From IMG/VR virus record IMGVR_UViG_3300028920_000034, positions 89,115 to 153,114 of that record: a stretch of DNA of 64,000 nt; one strand, 5' to 3'. This DNA comes from a virus. The notes under the pieces are model-generated. The model was not told where the DNA came from and did not search any database. It saw only the letters and a program-made list of their open reading frames with translations. This document shows positions 54,521-64,000 of the stretch, one piece after another (positions within the stretch are counted from its first letter, which is position 1; the number at the start of each line of letters is the position of its first letter). A program made the position numbers and the translations under genes.

Positions 54521-55725
54521 CAGAACGTCGGCAAAGCCCCGCCAAGCCGGGGACGGGGGTGCCCACACTCCTCCTTGCGGAACTGAATGCTGGCCTCCTC
54601 CACCTCGAAGGGGTTGCCATGGGCGATGTACGCCACGTCTGTCACCAGAGTGAGGTGGAGCTGCCCGTTGCCGGTCCGGAGCCGTTCGATGTTGGCCTTG
54701 GCGCCCCAGTACCAGGACGCGGGGCCACCGTTCTCGCGCCGGAGCTCCGCGCACACCGGGCGCTCCTCTTGGATCGCCCTGTCCAGCATGGCGCCCACGT
54801 CGGGAAGGTTCTCGCTGTCACGCGCCGCCACGGTCACGGCCACATGGTCGGGCTTTCCGTCCAGGCCCACCCGGTACTCCACCTTGGCCAGCGCCGGGCT
54901 CCACGCAAAGGGACCCACCTGGAACCGCCAGTTGCGCTTCACATCCTCCGCCGCAACCGTCGCAGCCCAGCCGCCCTTGATCCCGCGCACGTCCGCCACG
55001 GGGTTGAGGGCCGTAATGAATTCGGGACGGTCCACCCGCTTCATGTACTTCTGATCCAGGTCCGCTCCCACCAGATCCTTTGGAATGCCCAACGCGCCCA
55101 CCAGCTCACGGTCCAGATCGCGCGCCACCTGGCCCGCCATAGCGTCCATGATGGTCTTCTCTGCCGAGCCGCCGAACACATCGGTGAACTCCTCGAAGGA
55201 TTCGATCAGCCGTGCCCCCGGCCGGGTGAAGCTGCCGCGCTTGTTCTTGGCTTCCGCACGGAGCTTGAGCTCGCGTTCGATCTGGTCCTTGAAGCGGTCC
55301 AGATGCTCGGGCGCGATCACCTCGCGTTCGATGGCCTGGCGCACCATCTTGTCCACCGCACGCTCGAAGGCGTCCACCAGATCGATCACCATGGGCGCCG
55401 GCACCACGATGGTGTCCGCGGTCACACCTGGCGCCCCGCGGCGCTTGTCACCGTCCAGCTCGCTGGCAATGGTCCCCAGGCACCACTTGTCCCCGATGCC
55501 CAGGTAGTCGTCCAGGTTGATGATGTTGGATAGCACCCGCGTGGGCATCCGCACCGTGTTGTTGTAGTACCCCTGGTTATGGTACTTGCGCTGGGCGTGT
55601 TTGTACGCCTCCTTTGCGATCTTCGCCTTGTGGCGCGCATCGTCCATATCCCACCCGGCCGCCTCCATGGCGTCCAGCACCTGGACCGCCCTGTGAAGCA
55701 CACTCTCTTCGTGTTTTCCGCTCAT
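54520..55725 (-). CDS. Mosaic hypothetical protein containing sheath-, MCP- and portal-like motifs in tandem
   Basis: FTRPGARLIESFEEFTDVFG / MAGQVARDLDRELV / ALGIPKDLVG. Confidence 0.6.
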   Translation of the reverse strand: MSGKHEESVLHRAVQVLDAMEAAGWDMDDARHKAKIAKEAYKHAQRKYHNQGYYNNTVRMPTRVLSNIINLDDYLGIGDKWCLGTIASELDGDKRRGAPGVTADTIVVPAPMVIDLVDAFERAVDKMVRQAIEREVIAPEHLDRFKDQIERELKLRAEAKNKRGSFTRPGARLIESFEEFTDVFGGSAEKTIMDAMAGQVARDLDRELVGALGIPKDLVGADLDQKYMKRVDRPEFITALNPVADVRGIKGGWAATVAAEDVKRNWRFQVGPFAWSPALAKVEYRVGLDGKPDHVAVTVAARDSENLPDVGAMLDRAIQEERPVCAELRRENGGPASWYWGAKANIERLRTGNGQLHLTLVTDVAYIAHGNPFEVEEASIQFRKEECGHPRPRLGGALPTF

Positions 55726-56294
55726 TGCTCCCTCGCTTTCTTCGTGCGCTCGCGCCCCCGCGCCCGCGCTTGGCTGATTCGGTCTCGGATGCCCCGGAGG
55801 GCCTCGCGGTCATCGTTGCCCACCAGGGCCACCAGCTCCGGCGGAACCGCCGCGCCCATCGCACGGAGCTCCACCCGGATGGCGTCCATCAGGGCCGCGT
55901 ACTCCTCGAGGAGCCCCTTCACGTGTCGGTACACCTGGGCCGGGTACTCCCACTCGCCCTCGTCCGGCGTGGCGAACGGCTCACGCTCCTCGCCTGGCTT
56001 CGGATAGACCAGCCGCCACAGCATGGTGAGGGCATCGGTCTCCGCGTCCGTGAGCTGGACGTAGGTGCGTCTGGCTTCGATGCCATGCTTCGCCCACTTC
56101 CGCACCAACTCGAGCTGGCGGGGCATCCCCTCATCCTCGTCCTCTCCGCCACTGATACGGCTCACCACGGTAGCGTGGTAGAGCTTCCCTGGATCGTGTG
56201 TTCCGTCCTCTGACACCCACTGGGGGAGCACGCTCCCGCCCAGCTCGGCAATGGGATCGGAGGGGGTCCAATCGTCAAACATCATACCCTCCAT
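55722..56294 (-). CDS. Hypothetical protein
   Basis: ORF downstream of a promoter-like site. Confidence 0.6.
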   Translation of the reverse strand: MEGMMFDDWTPSDPIAELGGSVLPQWVSEDGTHDPGKLYHATVVSRISGGEDEDEGMPRQLELVRKWAKHGIEARRTYVQLTDAETDALTMLWRLVYPKPGEEREPFATPDEGEWEYPAQVYRHVKGLLEEYAALMDAIRVELRAMGAAVPPELVALVGNDDREALRGIRDRISQARARGRERTKKAREQ

Positions 56295-56312
56295 CTGGCC
56301 CGCAAGGGGGCC

Positions 56313-56349
56313 ATAAGCGAATATAAGCGAAAGGCTTTGCGCGCGTCAA
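56313..56349 (-). promoter_or_regulatory. sigma70-like promoter with tandem TTCGCTTAT repeat over the -10
   Basis: Minus strand TTGACG-18nt-TATATT; TTCGCTTAT x2. Confidence 0.45.
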
Positions 56350-56687
56350 GATTCGGTGCTCCTTGGCTGTTTTGAACAGCACTTGCAGAGGCGCTTGGAC
56401 GGCTTGCGGCGCACGATCCACGGCACCTGTTGACCACTTGCCGTGGTGCCGTTCGCCGTGTTCAGTGGGATACCACAGATGGTCACGTCGCCCTCGCTGG
56501 TCGCCCGGACCAGGTGGTACACCTTGCCGCCGAAGTCAGCCCAGATCTCCATCCTCGTCCTCGTCTTTTCCCCCGTGGCTCCGGACCGCCGCGCTGATGG
56601 TGGACAGCGCAAGGGACGCACCCAGGACGCTGATCACCAGGTAGACCAGTCCCCACACGGGGTGGTGGTGTAGGAAGTCCCACATGG

Positions 56688-57413
56688 TCATGAGTTGATC
56701 CCTTCCAGGACTCGCAGTGGCTTGAATCGAATCACCCACACCCAGGGGTTCTTCTCCCAGCCGTACCCGCGGCCCAGGTTGATCCGGTCCCACAGATTGG
56801 CGAATCCGTCGATGAGGGGGCCACGGCTCGGGTCCCTGGCGTGCTGAATCCTGGCGCACCCGGTTCCCTCCGCCAGACACCCTTGCTCGGTGATCTCCTG
56901 GACGCGCTCGGGCCAGCATGACACCACCTCGAGCTCCATCCCGCAGAAGCGCCTGGGGAGGTGAATGTTTGGCCGCTTGCGACCCCAGAGCTCCTCTCGC
57001 AGGTCCATATCAATCCAGTTGCGCTCATACCAGATCGGCGCATCCGGGGGCAGGTTGCTCGGGGACAGGCGATCATGCCTAGCCGCCGTCCACCAATTCT
57101 CACGCACCCACAGCTTCACGCCCACCTGGTAGCGCGGATAGATTCGGTGGACGGTACGCTCGCCGCTGCCATCCCACTCCCAGGTCCGTGGCACCTTGAG
57201 GTACGGGCCTGGGTTGCCAACGGGAGACGGGCCCGGATCGATCCACGCTTCATCCCAGCGCAGCTCTGCCCAGGCGTACTTCGCCGCTGGAGCTCCATCG
57301 AAAAGCGAGTTGGCGCTGGTGATCACCCGGCGCGTTTCCGTCTTGTTGCCCACGGCTGCCGCAAGGGCCATCACCGGAGTGAAGTGAAGCGGTAGCTCCT
57401 CGAGAATCGTCAT
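56688..57413 (-). CDS. ASCH-like phage protein
   Basis: P..F...M......G.KT.TRR, LWVRE.W, P.IHLPR, ER.Q.I......AEG, F..LW..I...W..NPWVWVI.F. Confidence 0.75.
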   Translation of the reverse strand: MTILEELPLHFTPVMALAAAVGNKTETRRVITSANSLFDGAPAAKYAWAELRWDEAWIDPGPSPVGNPGPYLKVPRTWEWDGSGERTVHRIYPRYQVGVKLWVRENWWTAARHDRLSPSNLPPDAPIWYERNWIDMDLREELWGRKRPNIHLPRRFCGMELEVVSCWPERVQEITEQGCLAEGTGCARIQHARDPSRGPLIDGFANLWDRINLGRGYGWEKNPWVWVIRFKPLRVLEGINS

Positions 57414-57420
57414 GGTCTCC

Positions 57421-57687
57421 TCACGTCACACCTCGCCCAGCCCACAACACGAAGCGGAGGCGCCCCTCTGTACGCGCCTGGAGCTCGTGAAACTGGGTTT
57501 TCGATAGATGGATCCCGCCGTACCCGCACCCCTCCTCGCCCGACCAGAACACGCAGTAGTAGCCGCTGGTCTCCGGCATGTAGTTGTACCGCACCAGATC
57601 GATCACCGGGTGCTCCTCGAGGAGCCGCAGTACATCCTCCACGCACATCAGCCGCAAGTAGCCGTTGGAGGTTCGCTTGGTAGTCAT
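57421..57687 (-). CDS. Hypothetical protein
   Basis: ORF packing. Confidence 0.5.
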   Translation of the reverse strand: MTTKRTSNGYLRLMCVEDVLRLLEEHPVIDLVRYNYMPETSGYYCVFWSGEEGCGYGGIHLSKTQFHELQARTEGRLRFVLWAGRGVT

Positions 57688-57699
57688 GCCGAGATTGTA

Positions 57700-58053
57700 T
57701 CACCAGCGCCCCCCGCGGTATTGCACCTCTGGACCCCAGCACGCGCGGTCCTCCCAGAGCTTGTCATCGGGGTGTAAGTGGGCCTTGGAGTCCACGATAG
57801 TGATCTGCACGTTGCCGTCCGGTGGCGTCCCCAGCACAGGGTGAGGCACCAGGCCATCGATCTGGAACGTGTACCGCTCCAAGATCTTGCCCGGGTCACC
57901 ACCGATCTCCTCCGCCAGGTGCAACAGAATCTGCCGCAGACCAGCTTGCAGGTGCCCCTCGGTGGCCTTCGTGGCCGGGTGTCCCTCCTGTACCCATCGC
58001 TCGAGTCCGGCCATCACCCGTCGCTCGAATTCCTGTGCTATCCAGGCGTGCAT
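57700..58053 (-). CDS. Hypothetical protein
   Basis: TAATG overlap with the upstream gene. Confidence 0.55.
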   Translation of the reverse strand: MHAWIAQEFERRVMAGLERWVQEGHPATKATEGHLQAGLRQILLHLAEEIGGDPGKILERYTFQIDGLVPHPVLGTPPDGNVQITIVDSKAHLHPDDKLWEDRACWGPEVQYRGGRW

Positions 58054-58631
58054 TACCCGGCCCTCCTCGCCGCCTTGATCTTCGCCAGGTAGCCCTGGCA
58101 GATCGTCGCCAGGAGCTCCCCGTGGAACTCCTCGCCCACCTCGCGCTTGGCCTTGTTCATCGCCCTGGTGAGCACCCGCCGCTGGCGTCCATCCATCCAG
58201 AATGCCACCGTCTTGGGCGCCGCCTCCACAGGCTCCCCGTAGACGCGAGCTCGCAGCTCCGCCACGGTGTGCTCCCGCGCCCACCGCAACCAATGGTCCG
58301 CACCCTCACGATGCGGCCCCATCCGGGCCAGGAGCACCGCCTTGCACCGCCCTAGCCGAGCCAGGGTCTCGCGCTGGGCCTTCAGGAGCCGCTGGTCACT
58401 GGCCCACCTGGCGATGGCCATCAGCTCGTAGGTGACCCCGGCCGTGAGGCCCACCTCGTTCTCCGCATAGTCCGCCCAGGTGTCCCAACCCCACTCATAG
58501 TGGAACTGGCCACCGCGGATCGCCAGGAGCACCTCCCCGAGCCGCATCAGCTCACCGTGGGCATTGCCGGCCAGGCTTCTCACCAGCCGTCTCAGATCAG
58601 CTTTCGTCTGTTCCATCTTCGCTCCCTTCAT
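58053..58631 (-). CDS. DUF3102-like DNA-binding protein
   Basis: LGEVL..I.....Y.WG..TW.DY...EVG......Y.LM.IA...LG..KA.LL. Confidence 0.5.
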   Translation of the reverse strand: MKGAKMEQTKADLRRLVRSLAGNAHGELMRLGEVLLAIRGGQFHYEWGWDTWADYAENEVGLTAGVTYELMAIARWASDQRLLKAQRETLARLGRCKAVLLARMGPHREGADHWLRWAREHTVAELRARVYGEPVEAAPKTVAFWMDGRQRRVLTRAMNKAKREVGEEFHGELLATICQGYLAKIKAARRAG

Positions 58632-59037
58632 CTGGCGCCAGCCCCACCGGCACCGTTTCAGTGAAACGCATCACCACGAAGTCCTTGGGTCGGTCCACGA
58701 TCACTGACTGCGGACACCCGCACTCACCCGTGGTGTGCAGTAGCATCTTGTCCTCCGGTATCTTGAGCTCCGGGAAAACCACCGTGATGTGGTAGAGCCC
58801 CTCCTGGACCGGGCACTCCTCCACCGTCACCTCGTCCCGTAAAAAATCTGGCTTCTCGCGGTCACCGTACACCATCTGGTAGAGCGTGTTGCCCCAGTCC
58901 ACGTCCTTGAGCCGATCCACCAGGTCCCTGTCGTTCCGGCGCCCCACCATCCAGTCCGTGGCGAGCTCCACCGACTGGCGCACATGCTCGTACACCATGT
59001 AGAGCTGCACATGGGAATTGTGCTGTCGGTCGCTCAC
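58597..59037 (-). CDS. Stand-alone tail-sheath C-terminal-domain-like protein
   Basis: HVQLYMVYEHVRQSVELATDWMVGRRNDRDLVDRLK...PKDFVVMRF resembles sheath consensus V.RL..Y...SI.....W.V.E.ND..L...I...PAEFI...F. Confidence 0.5.
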   Translation of the reverse strand: MSDRQHNSHVQLYMVYEHVRQSVELATDWMVGRRNDRDLVDRLKDVDWGNTLYQMVYGDREKPDFLRDEVTVEECPVQEGLYHITVVFPELKIPEDKMLLHTTGECGCPQSVIVDRPKDFVVMRFTETVPVGLAPDEGSEDGTDES

Positions 59038-61626
59038 AGTGGCACCTTCCCGAGCACCGCCCCGGTCTCCATCGCAAACAGCGTCCGGCACGTCGGACAG
59101 ATCAGCGTCTTGGCCGGCACCGTGTCCATGCTCGCCTGGCACGCCGGGCAAAGCACCTTCACCTTGGCGGGCCGCTCCACCTTGGCCGGACTGATCCCGC
59201 GGCTCACCGGCTGCTCCTGGCCCACCGCCTTGGCCATCTTGGCTTGCTGTGCAGACCACTGCATCAGCTCGAGCACCGTGGCCTTGCTCGGAAGCGCCCC
59301 GGTCTCACCGAGCCAGTCCGCCACCAGCTCGTCCAGCATGTTGTGGAGCTCCTGGTGACGCGCCCGGTGCTCCTCTGCCGTCATCGTCTTACCCATCGTG
59401 GATCACTCTTTCCCAGCCACAGTTGACGCACTTGATCGCCGTCACCCACTCGCCGGAACCCACCTGGAACCTGTCCCCGCCGCAGCCCCGGCACACCACG
59501 CGCTTCATGGGTGTACTCGGTGCGCCGCGCCGCCCGTGGTAGCCGGCCAGGTGGAACGTGTGATCGTCCACCTCGTCCCACCAGGGCTTCTCCGGCTCCG
59601 CGTCGTCGCACTCCAGGTCACCCCACGGCTCCTCCACGCGCTGGCCGCGCGGATGCCAGGCATGGCTGTGCAGCTCGTTACAGCGACGGCACTTCATTGG
59701 CTTTGATCACTTCGATCTTGGCGCGGAGCTCGGACAAGGACTCGCGCACCTCCCGGTCCTCGTCCTCGTCCCCGGTGAGCACACTCTCGAGGCGCCTCAC
59801 ACCGTCCTCGAGCTTCTCGAGCACCTTGGCGTTGAGCCCGTTGGACACCGTGGTGAACGCACGTGCGACCGTGAGACCGTTCCCGTGCGGCTCTCGCCCC
59901 TTCATGACAGCGAGCTCCGCCTCCATCTCGTCCACCACCGTAGCAAGCGCCCTGCCAGCCAGGGCCATGTTGACCACCTGTTGGTACAGGGTATCCATCA
60001 GGTCCGCGAGCTCCCGGAGCATCGCTTCGTGCTGGGCCGCCTGGCCGATCTCCTCCATGGCGCGATCCATCGCGCGCTCGAATGGGCTCTGTCCGCTCAT
60101 CGCTTGCCTCCCTTCGGCTTCGGCTTGCTCGGCTTCGCCGGGGGCGCGAGCCCTGGGCGCTTGAACACAGCCGTGTAGAGGTGCGGACCGGACACGTGGT
60201 GAATCATGGTCACCAGCTCCCAGCCCTCACGGCCACGGCTGGACAGCCACATCCCCAAGCTGGCTTCGCTGTCCGCCGCGTACTCCTCGGTGCGGTACTC
60301 CCACGGCTGGCGCCGTGGCTTGTCAGGATCCATCTTCGCCTCCAATCATCCCGGCCGAAACCGGGCCATCATAGCAGTCTACTCGCCGTTCTCTGCCTGC
60401 CCCCTGTGCAACAGGAGCCACAGGAGGAACATCCCTGGGGCTGTCCACTCTGGAGCGCCCACCGCCACCCGCACCACCTCGAGCACAAAGTCGTCCAGGA
60501 ACATCAGTAGGGCACCCCTTCCCCAGCTTGCTCGCTGGCAATGTGCTCCAAGAGGGCATCGATCAGGTCCTCCTGGCGCTTTGCTTCGCTCTCGCGCCTA
60601 CGCTCTCGGGCCTCACTGGCCGCCCTCTCCATCCGCATCTGGGCATGGCGCATCACCAGCCACTCCACCTTCAGAGCCATCTCCCACGGAGACGGGTCAC
60701 CCCGGCCCTGGCGGTAGACCATGTGCCAATCGCGCCCCTCGAGGCGCACGTGGCCGTCCTGACCGCGCTGGCCGATCACCACAATGGGCTGCCCGTTGTC
60801 GCTACTCACCGATGCCTCCCAGGAGCCCGACGCCCCGGTTCAGGTACACCAGCCCGAGCACCTGGGTGCCTCGCTGTACGCGGTACACGTGGAGCCGTGG
60901 CTGCACCAGATTCAGCTCCACAACCGTCCTCTCACCGAAACCCCTGGAGCCATCCGGGAACTGGGTGATCAGATCATCGCGTCCGTACTTCACGTCCACG
61001 TCCAGTCGGCTCACGGCCCCAGGGGTCTGCTCGAATACGGCCTTGGCTGCCTCAAAAACGGGCCCGAACGCCTCTCCGGATAGGGTGCTCCACTCGAGGG
61101 TGCCCACGTGGACAAAACTGAGCTGCTCCAGTGAGCCCAGAGCATCATCGCTGGGCGGAGGTGGGAGCTCCCTTCCTTTCCACCTGTGGCTCATATCAGC
61201 TCCCTGTCGATGGCGAGCCACTCGGGGATTTCGATGTTGCCGCTGTCGCCCTCCTCTTCCACCTCGGTGTAGAGGAGCTGGCTCCTCGGAATCCACGCCT
61301 CGGTGTCACCGTCCACTAGGCACAGGATGGCATCATCCGTATCGGCCAGCACTTCCTCCACGTAGATCTCCACTGGATCGTCGCTCCGGCTCATCGAACA
61401 CCCCTCCTGGATCCATCGGTGGCCGGAACAGATCGTACAGGCCACTGAAGGCGAATCCAATGTGACGTAGCTCCTGCATCCCACGCTCGCCCGCCAGTCG
61501 CCCCGCCAGCCCACAGATCTCGCGGAAGGTCTCCTGGCTGCACCTCCCCTTGAGCTCGGTGCAGATGTAGCCCATGGCAACAGCCAACCGTGAGTAGTCG
61601 GCCCTGGACACTTCTTTCGACTCCAT
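59034..61626 (-). other. Run of small hypothetical genes incl. DUF4177-like 60097-60345 and acidic beta protein 61191-61394
   Basis: WEY......L...G.EGWELV motif; W.P.SQ...I.IPEWLA motif; overlapping packing. Confidence 0.55.
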
Positions 61627-61702
61627 GTTTCCCCTCCCCCGCTCCAATCAGCGCCAGTGTTCTCATCGTTCCCATCTCTCTCACCAGCCGCGCATCACGC
61701 GG

Positions 61703-63766
61703 TTATCCTGATAGTGGCATCAGCCAATGATGTTGACCGGGCCCACGCTTGACCGGCCCCTCTTCCTTCCCCTTTTCCAGAGCGTAGTCCTTGCGGAGCC
61801 ACTCGTCTGGCATGGACACGTCCTCCCAGGTGGAGATCCCCATCTTGAGCGGAATGGGCATCAGGGCCTGATCCCTGGACAGCGTGAACGCCACGCCGGC
61901 CACCGCATCGGAAACATCCTTGGACTCACCCTCGAGGTGGTCCACTTTCTGGCGCACCTTGTCATGGACCACGCGCTGCATCTCGCGGAGGAACGGCTCA
62001 TAGGCGTACATATTCATCCGCCCCTCGTAGAACGCCGCCCTGAGCTCCATGTAGGGGTCCAGCGTCCGGTCCATGGACTGGAGCTTCGTTTCCACCCCGC
62101 GCTGGAGCTCGAGGTACTGGCGCATCTCCGCACTCTGATACTGGTCCGTGGTGGCCAGGGCGAACTGGAACCCGTGATCCATGAACGAGTAGATCAGCGT
62201 CCGAATGTCCGCGAGGATAATGTCATCCCCAGGCGGAGGAACGATCCTCAACAGGAAGTCGATGTAGATCTCCGGCGCGTCCTCCACGAAAACCACGCCG
62301 TCATCGTCGCGCCGCTCCACCTGGACGGTCCCGGCCACGTGGCCGATGGCGAGCCCGGTGGCATCGTGATTCAGCGAGGTGTCCAGGTGTAGGTGCCGCG
62401 GGGCCTCTGGGTTCACGATGGGGCCCTCGAATTGGCTCACGTTGCCCTGGCTGTCCTTGCTCGAGTACATCCGTGTGAGCTGGCGCCAGTCCACCTTGGC
62501 CAGCGTCTGTGGGTTCCACTCGAGGGTGGCCATCGGATGGCCGCGCGTCTCGTCAATGGCATCGTACAGGGTCTCACGTCGCTGAATGAACGGGCTGATG
62601 CTCACCGTGGCCACACCCGCCAGGTCCTGCAATGCGCTGTCCAGGTCCTCCTCGAAGTCCCGCCTGAAATCAATCGGCACCTGGACGATCCGGCACCCAT
62701 CGTAGTCCGGATCGTTGTCAATGCAGCCCTGGAGCCGAACACGCTCCTCGTCCCTGGAGATCAGCCGGCTTTGTAGGCGCTCGTTGCCCACGAATACACT
62801 GAAGGTCTCCTCGGAAAACAGATGGCCAGGCTTCGCCTCCCACAATGCGTACTCCCGCACCAGGATGCTCGGGTCCGTGGCGCTGGCCGCAATCCGCCGC
62901 TCGGTGAACGCATCGGTGTGTGACTTGGAGCTGATCATCATCAGCACGCCGGGGAGCTTGCCGCTTCGGCTGTAGCGGGACTTCATCCGGCGGAGGATCA
63001 TCTGGTACAAGGTCTCCGCGTGGCTGTGGCGCTCCCTCCGCTTCGCCCCGTAGCGGATCTTGCTCACGCGCGGGGGCGTGCTCTGAAAGAAATTCACCTC
63101 GTCCAAGATCCCGCCGAACGTATTGAGCGAAAGCGCGGAGCTCATGCTCGAGGAGCTCGCCGCCACCCAGATATTGTTTGGAAACCTGAGCTCGCTCAGG
63201 GTGGGCCGGTAGGGAAACTCGTCCATGAAATACCGGCTGGACATGATTTTCGTCTTGATCCCGCCGAAGACAGCCCGGCGCGCCAGCTTCTCGTTCACCG
63301 AGATACAACAGAACGCGATCTCAGAACCCTTTTCCAGCCCGAACACCGCCTGGGGATCCCGAAGGCAGCTCATCTGGTAGATCATGTAGCAGAGGGCCAC
63401 CGAGGCGAACGTGTTTTTTCCGCAGCCGATGGAGCCGCTGATGATGGCCTCATGGTAATCACCCTTGAACAACTCGCGGAGATCTCGATGCCAGCATGGA
63501 TAAAGAGTCTTTCCAATGTGCCCGAGGAAATACTCGTCTCGCAGGAAGGTATCAATGTCCACGCAATGGCGGTCATACATAGACTCGTCCAGCGCGGCAA
63601 ACTCCTTGACCACCTCCGCGCCATCGGCCGCCATGTGCTCCTCGACCAGCCGAATCAGCGCCTCGCGCTCATTCACGTCAAGGGACTTGAGCTCCTCCTC
63701 GAGTAGCGCGAGCTCCTCCTCGGGGATGATTTCACTTCGGGCACGGCCGTCCTGGCGTTTCAACAT
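61703..63766 (-). CDS. terL: Terminase large subunit
   Basis: Walker A GSIGCGKN, Walker B GILDE, motif III ISS, RNase H-like HLDTS...DATG and KDVSDA. Confidence 0.9.
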   Translation of the reverse strand: MLKRQDGRARSEIIPEEELALLEEELKSLDVNEREALIRLVEEHMAADGAEVVKEFAALDESMYDRHCVDIDTFLRDEYFLGHIGKTLYPCWHRDLRELFKGDYHEAIISGSIGCGKNTFASVALCYMIYQMSCLRDPQAVFGLEKGSEIAFCCISVNEKLARRAVFGGIKTKIMSSRYFMDEFPYRPTLSELRFPNNIWVAASSSSMSSALSLNTFGGILDEVNFFQSTPPRVSKIRYGAKRRERHSHAETLYQMILRRMKSRYSRSGKLPGVLMMISSKSHTDAFTERRIAASATDPSILVREYALWEAKPGHLFSEETFSVFVGNERLQSRLISRDEERVRLQGCIDNDPDYDGCRIVQVPIDFRRDFEEDLDSALQDLAGVATVSISPFIQRRETLYDAIDETRGHPMATLEWNPQTLAKVDWRQLTRMYSSKDSQGNVSQFEGPIVNPEAPRHLHLDTSLNHDATGLAIGHVAGTVQVERRDDDGVVFVEDAPEIYIDFLLRIVPPPGDDIILADIRTLIYSFMDHGFQFALATTDQYQSAEMRQYLELQRGVETKLQSMDRTLDPYMELRAAFYEGRMNMYAYEPFLREMQRVVHDKVRQKVDHLEGESKDVSDAVAGVAFTLSRDQALMPIPLKMGISTWEDVSMPDEWLRKDYALEKGKEEGPVKRGPGQHHWLMPLSG

Positions 63767-63979
63767 CTAGCGGTCCTCCGGTGATCTAGTGTCCCGCGCC
63801 CCGAGGTGGTGGTCAACGGTAACCGTGAATACCCTACCCTCACGGTCCCGCACCTCCATCCCAGCCGGAAGAACCACATCGCCATCCTGGATCACCGGCT
63901 CCCGCTGGCGAAGCCAGTAGCACAGGTGGACCACCAGGCCGCCCAGCACCATACCGATGAACAGGCACGCCACGCTCAC
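63767..63979 (-). CDS. Small membrane protein
   Basis: N-terminal TM helix; abuts terL. Confidence 0.5.
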   Translation of the reverse strand: MSVACLFIGMVLGGLVVHLCYWLRQREPVIQDGDVVLPAGMEVRDREGRVFTVTVDHHLGARDTRSPEDR

Positions 63980-64000
63980 ATGCCCATCCTCATCGCCGCA

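Noticed and set aside
61703-63766. Intein or intron in terminase, portal or MCP
   Set aside because: Lengths are unremarkable and no splicing or homing-endonuclease motifs were seen
1-64000. Stop-codon reassignment
   Set aside because: Core genes are intact in the standard code and TAG, TGA and TAA all end genes

Overview
High-GC dsDNA phage (or prophage) segment. Essentially all real genes lie on the minus strand; the long plus-strand ORFs are antisense shadows. It carries a T4-like head module (portal 10070-11782, prohead core, fused gp21-type protease/scaffold, gp23-type major capsid protein [MCP], gp13-type neck) and a terminase large subunit (61703-63766) about 50 kb from the portal. 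The gap holds three blocks. (i) A ~17 kb array of proteins and polyproteins sharing a short helical leader/linker (LxELLxELRxxxGLxE) followed by prohead-protease-type L/I/F-x-E|small sites, which reads as a capsid-packaged, protease-processed cargo system. (ii) A repeat- and palindrome-rich zone around a possible small terminase gene. (iii) About 27 kb of small accessory genes, several carrying pieces of the phage's own MCP (non-overlapping tiles) or tail-sheath/portal-like motifs. A ~70 bp intergenic element with a sigma54-type -24/-12 motif plus hairpin occurs four times in both orientations. The host is probably a deltaproteobacterium/myxobacterium (inference from SspB type, sigma54 motif and GC content). 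All family calls are from motif recognition by eye, not database searches.
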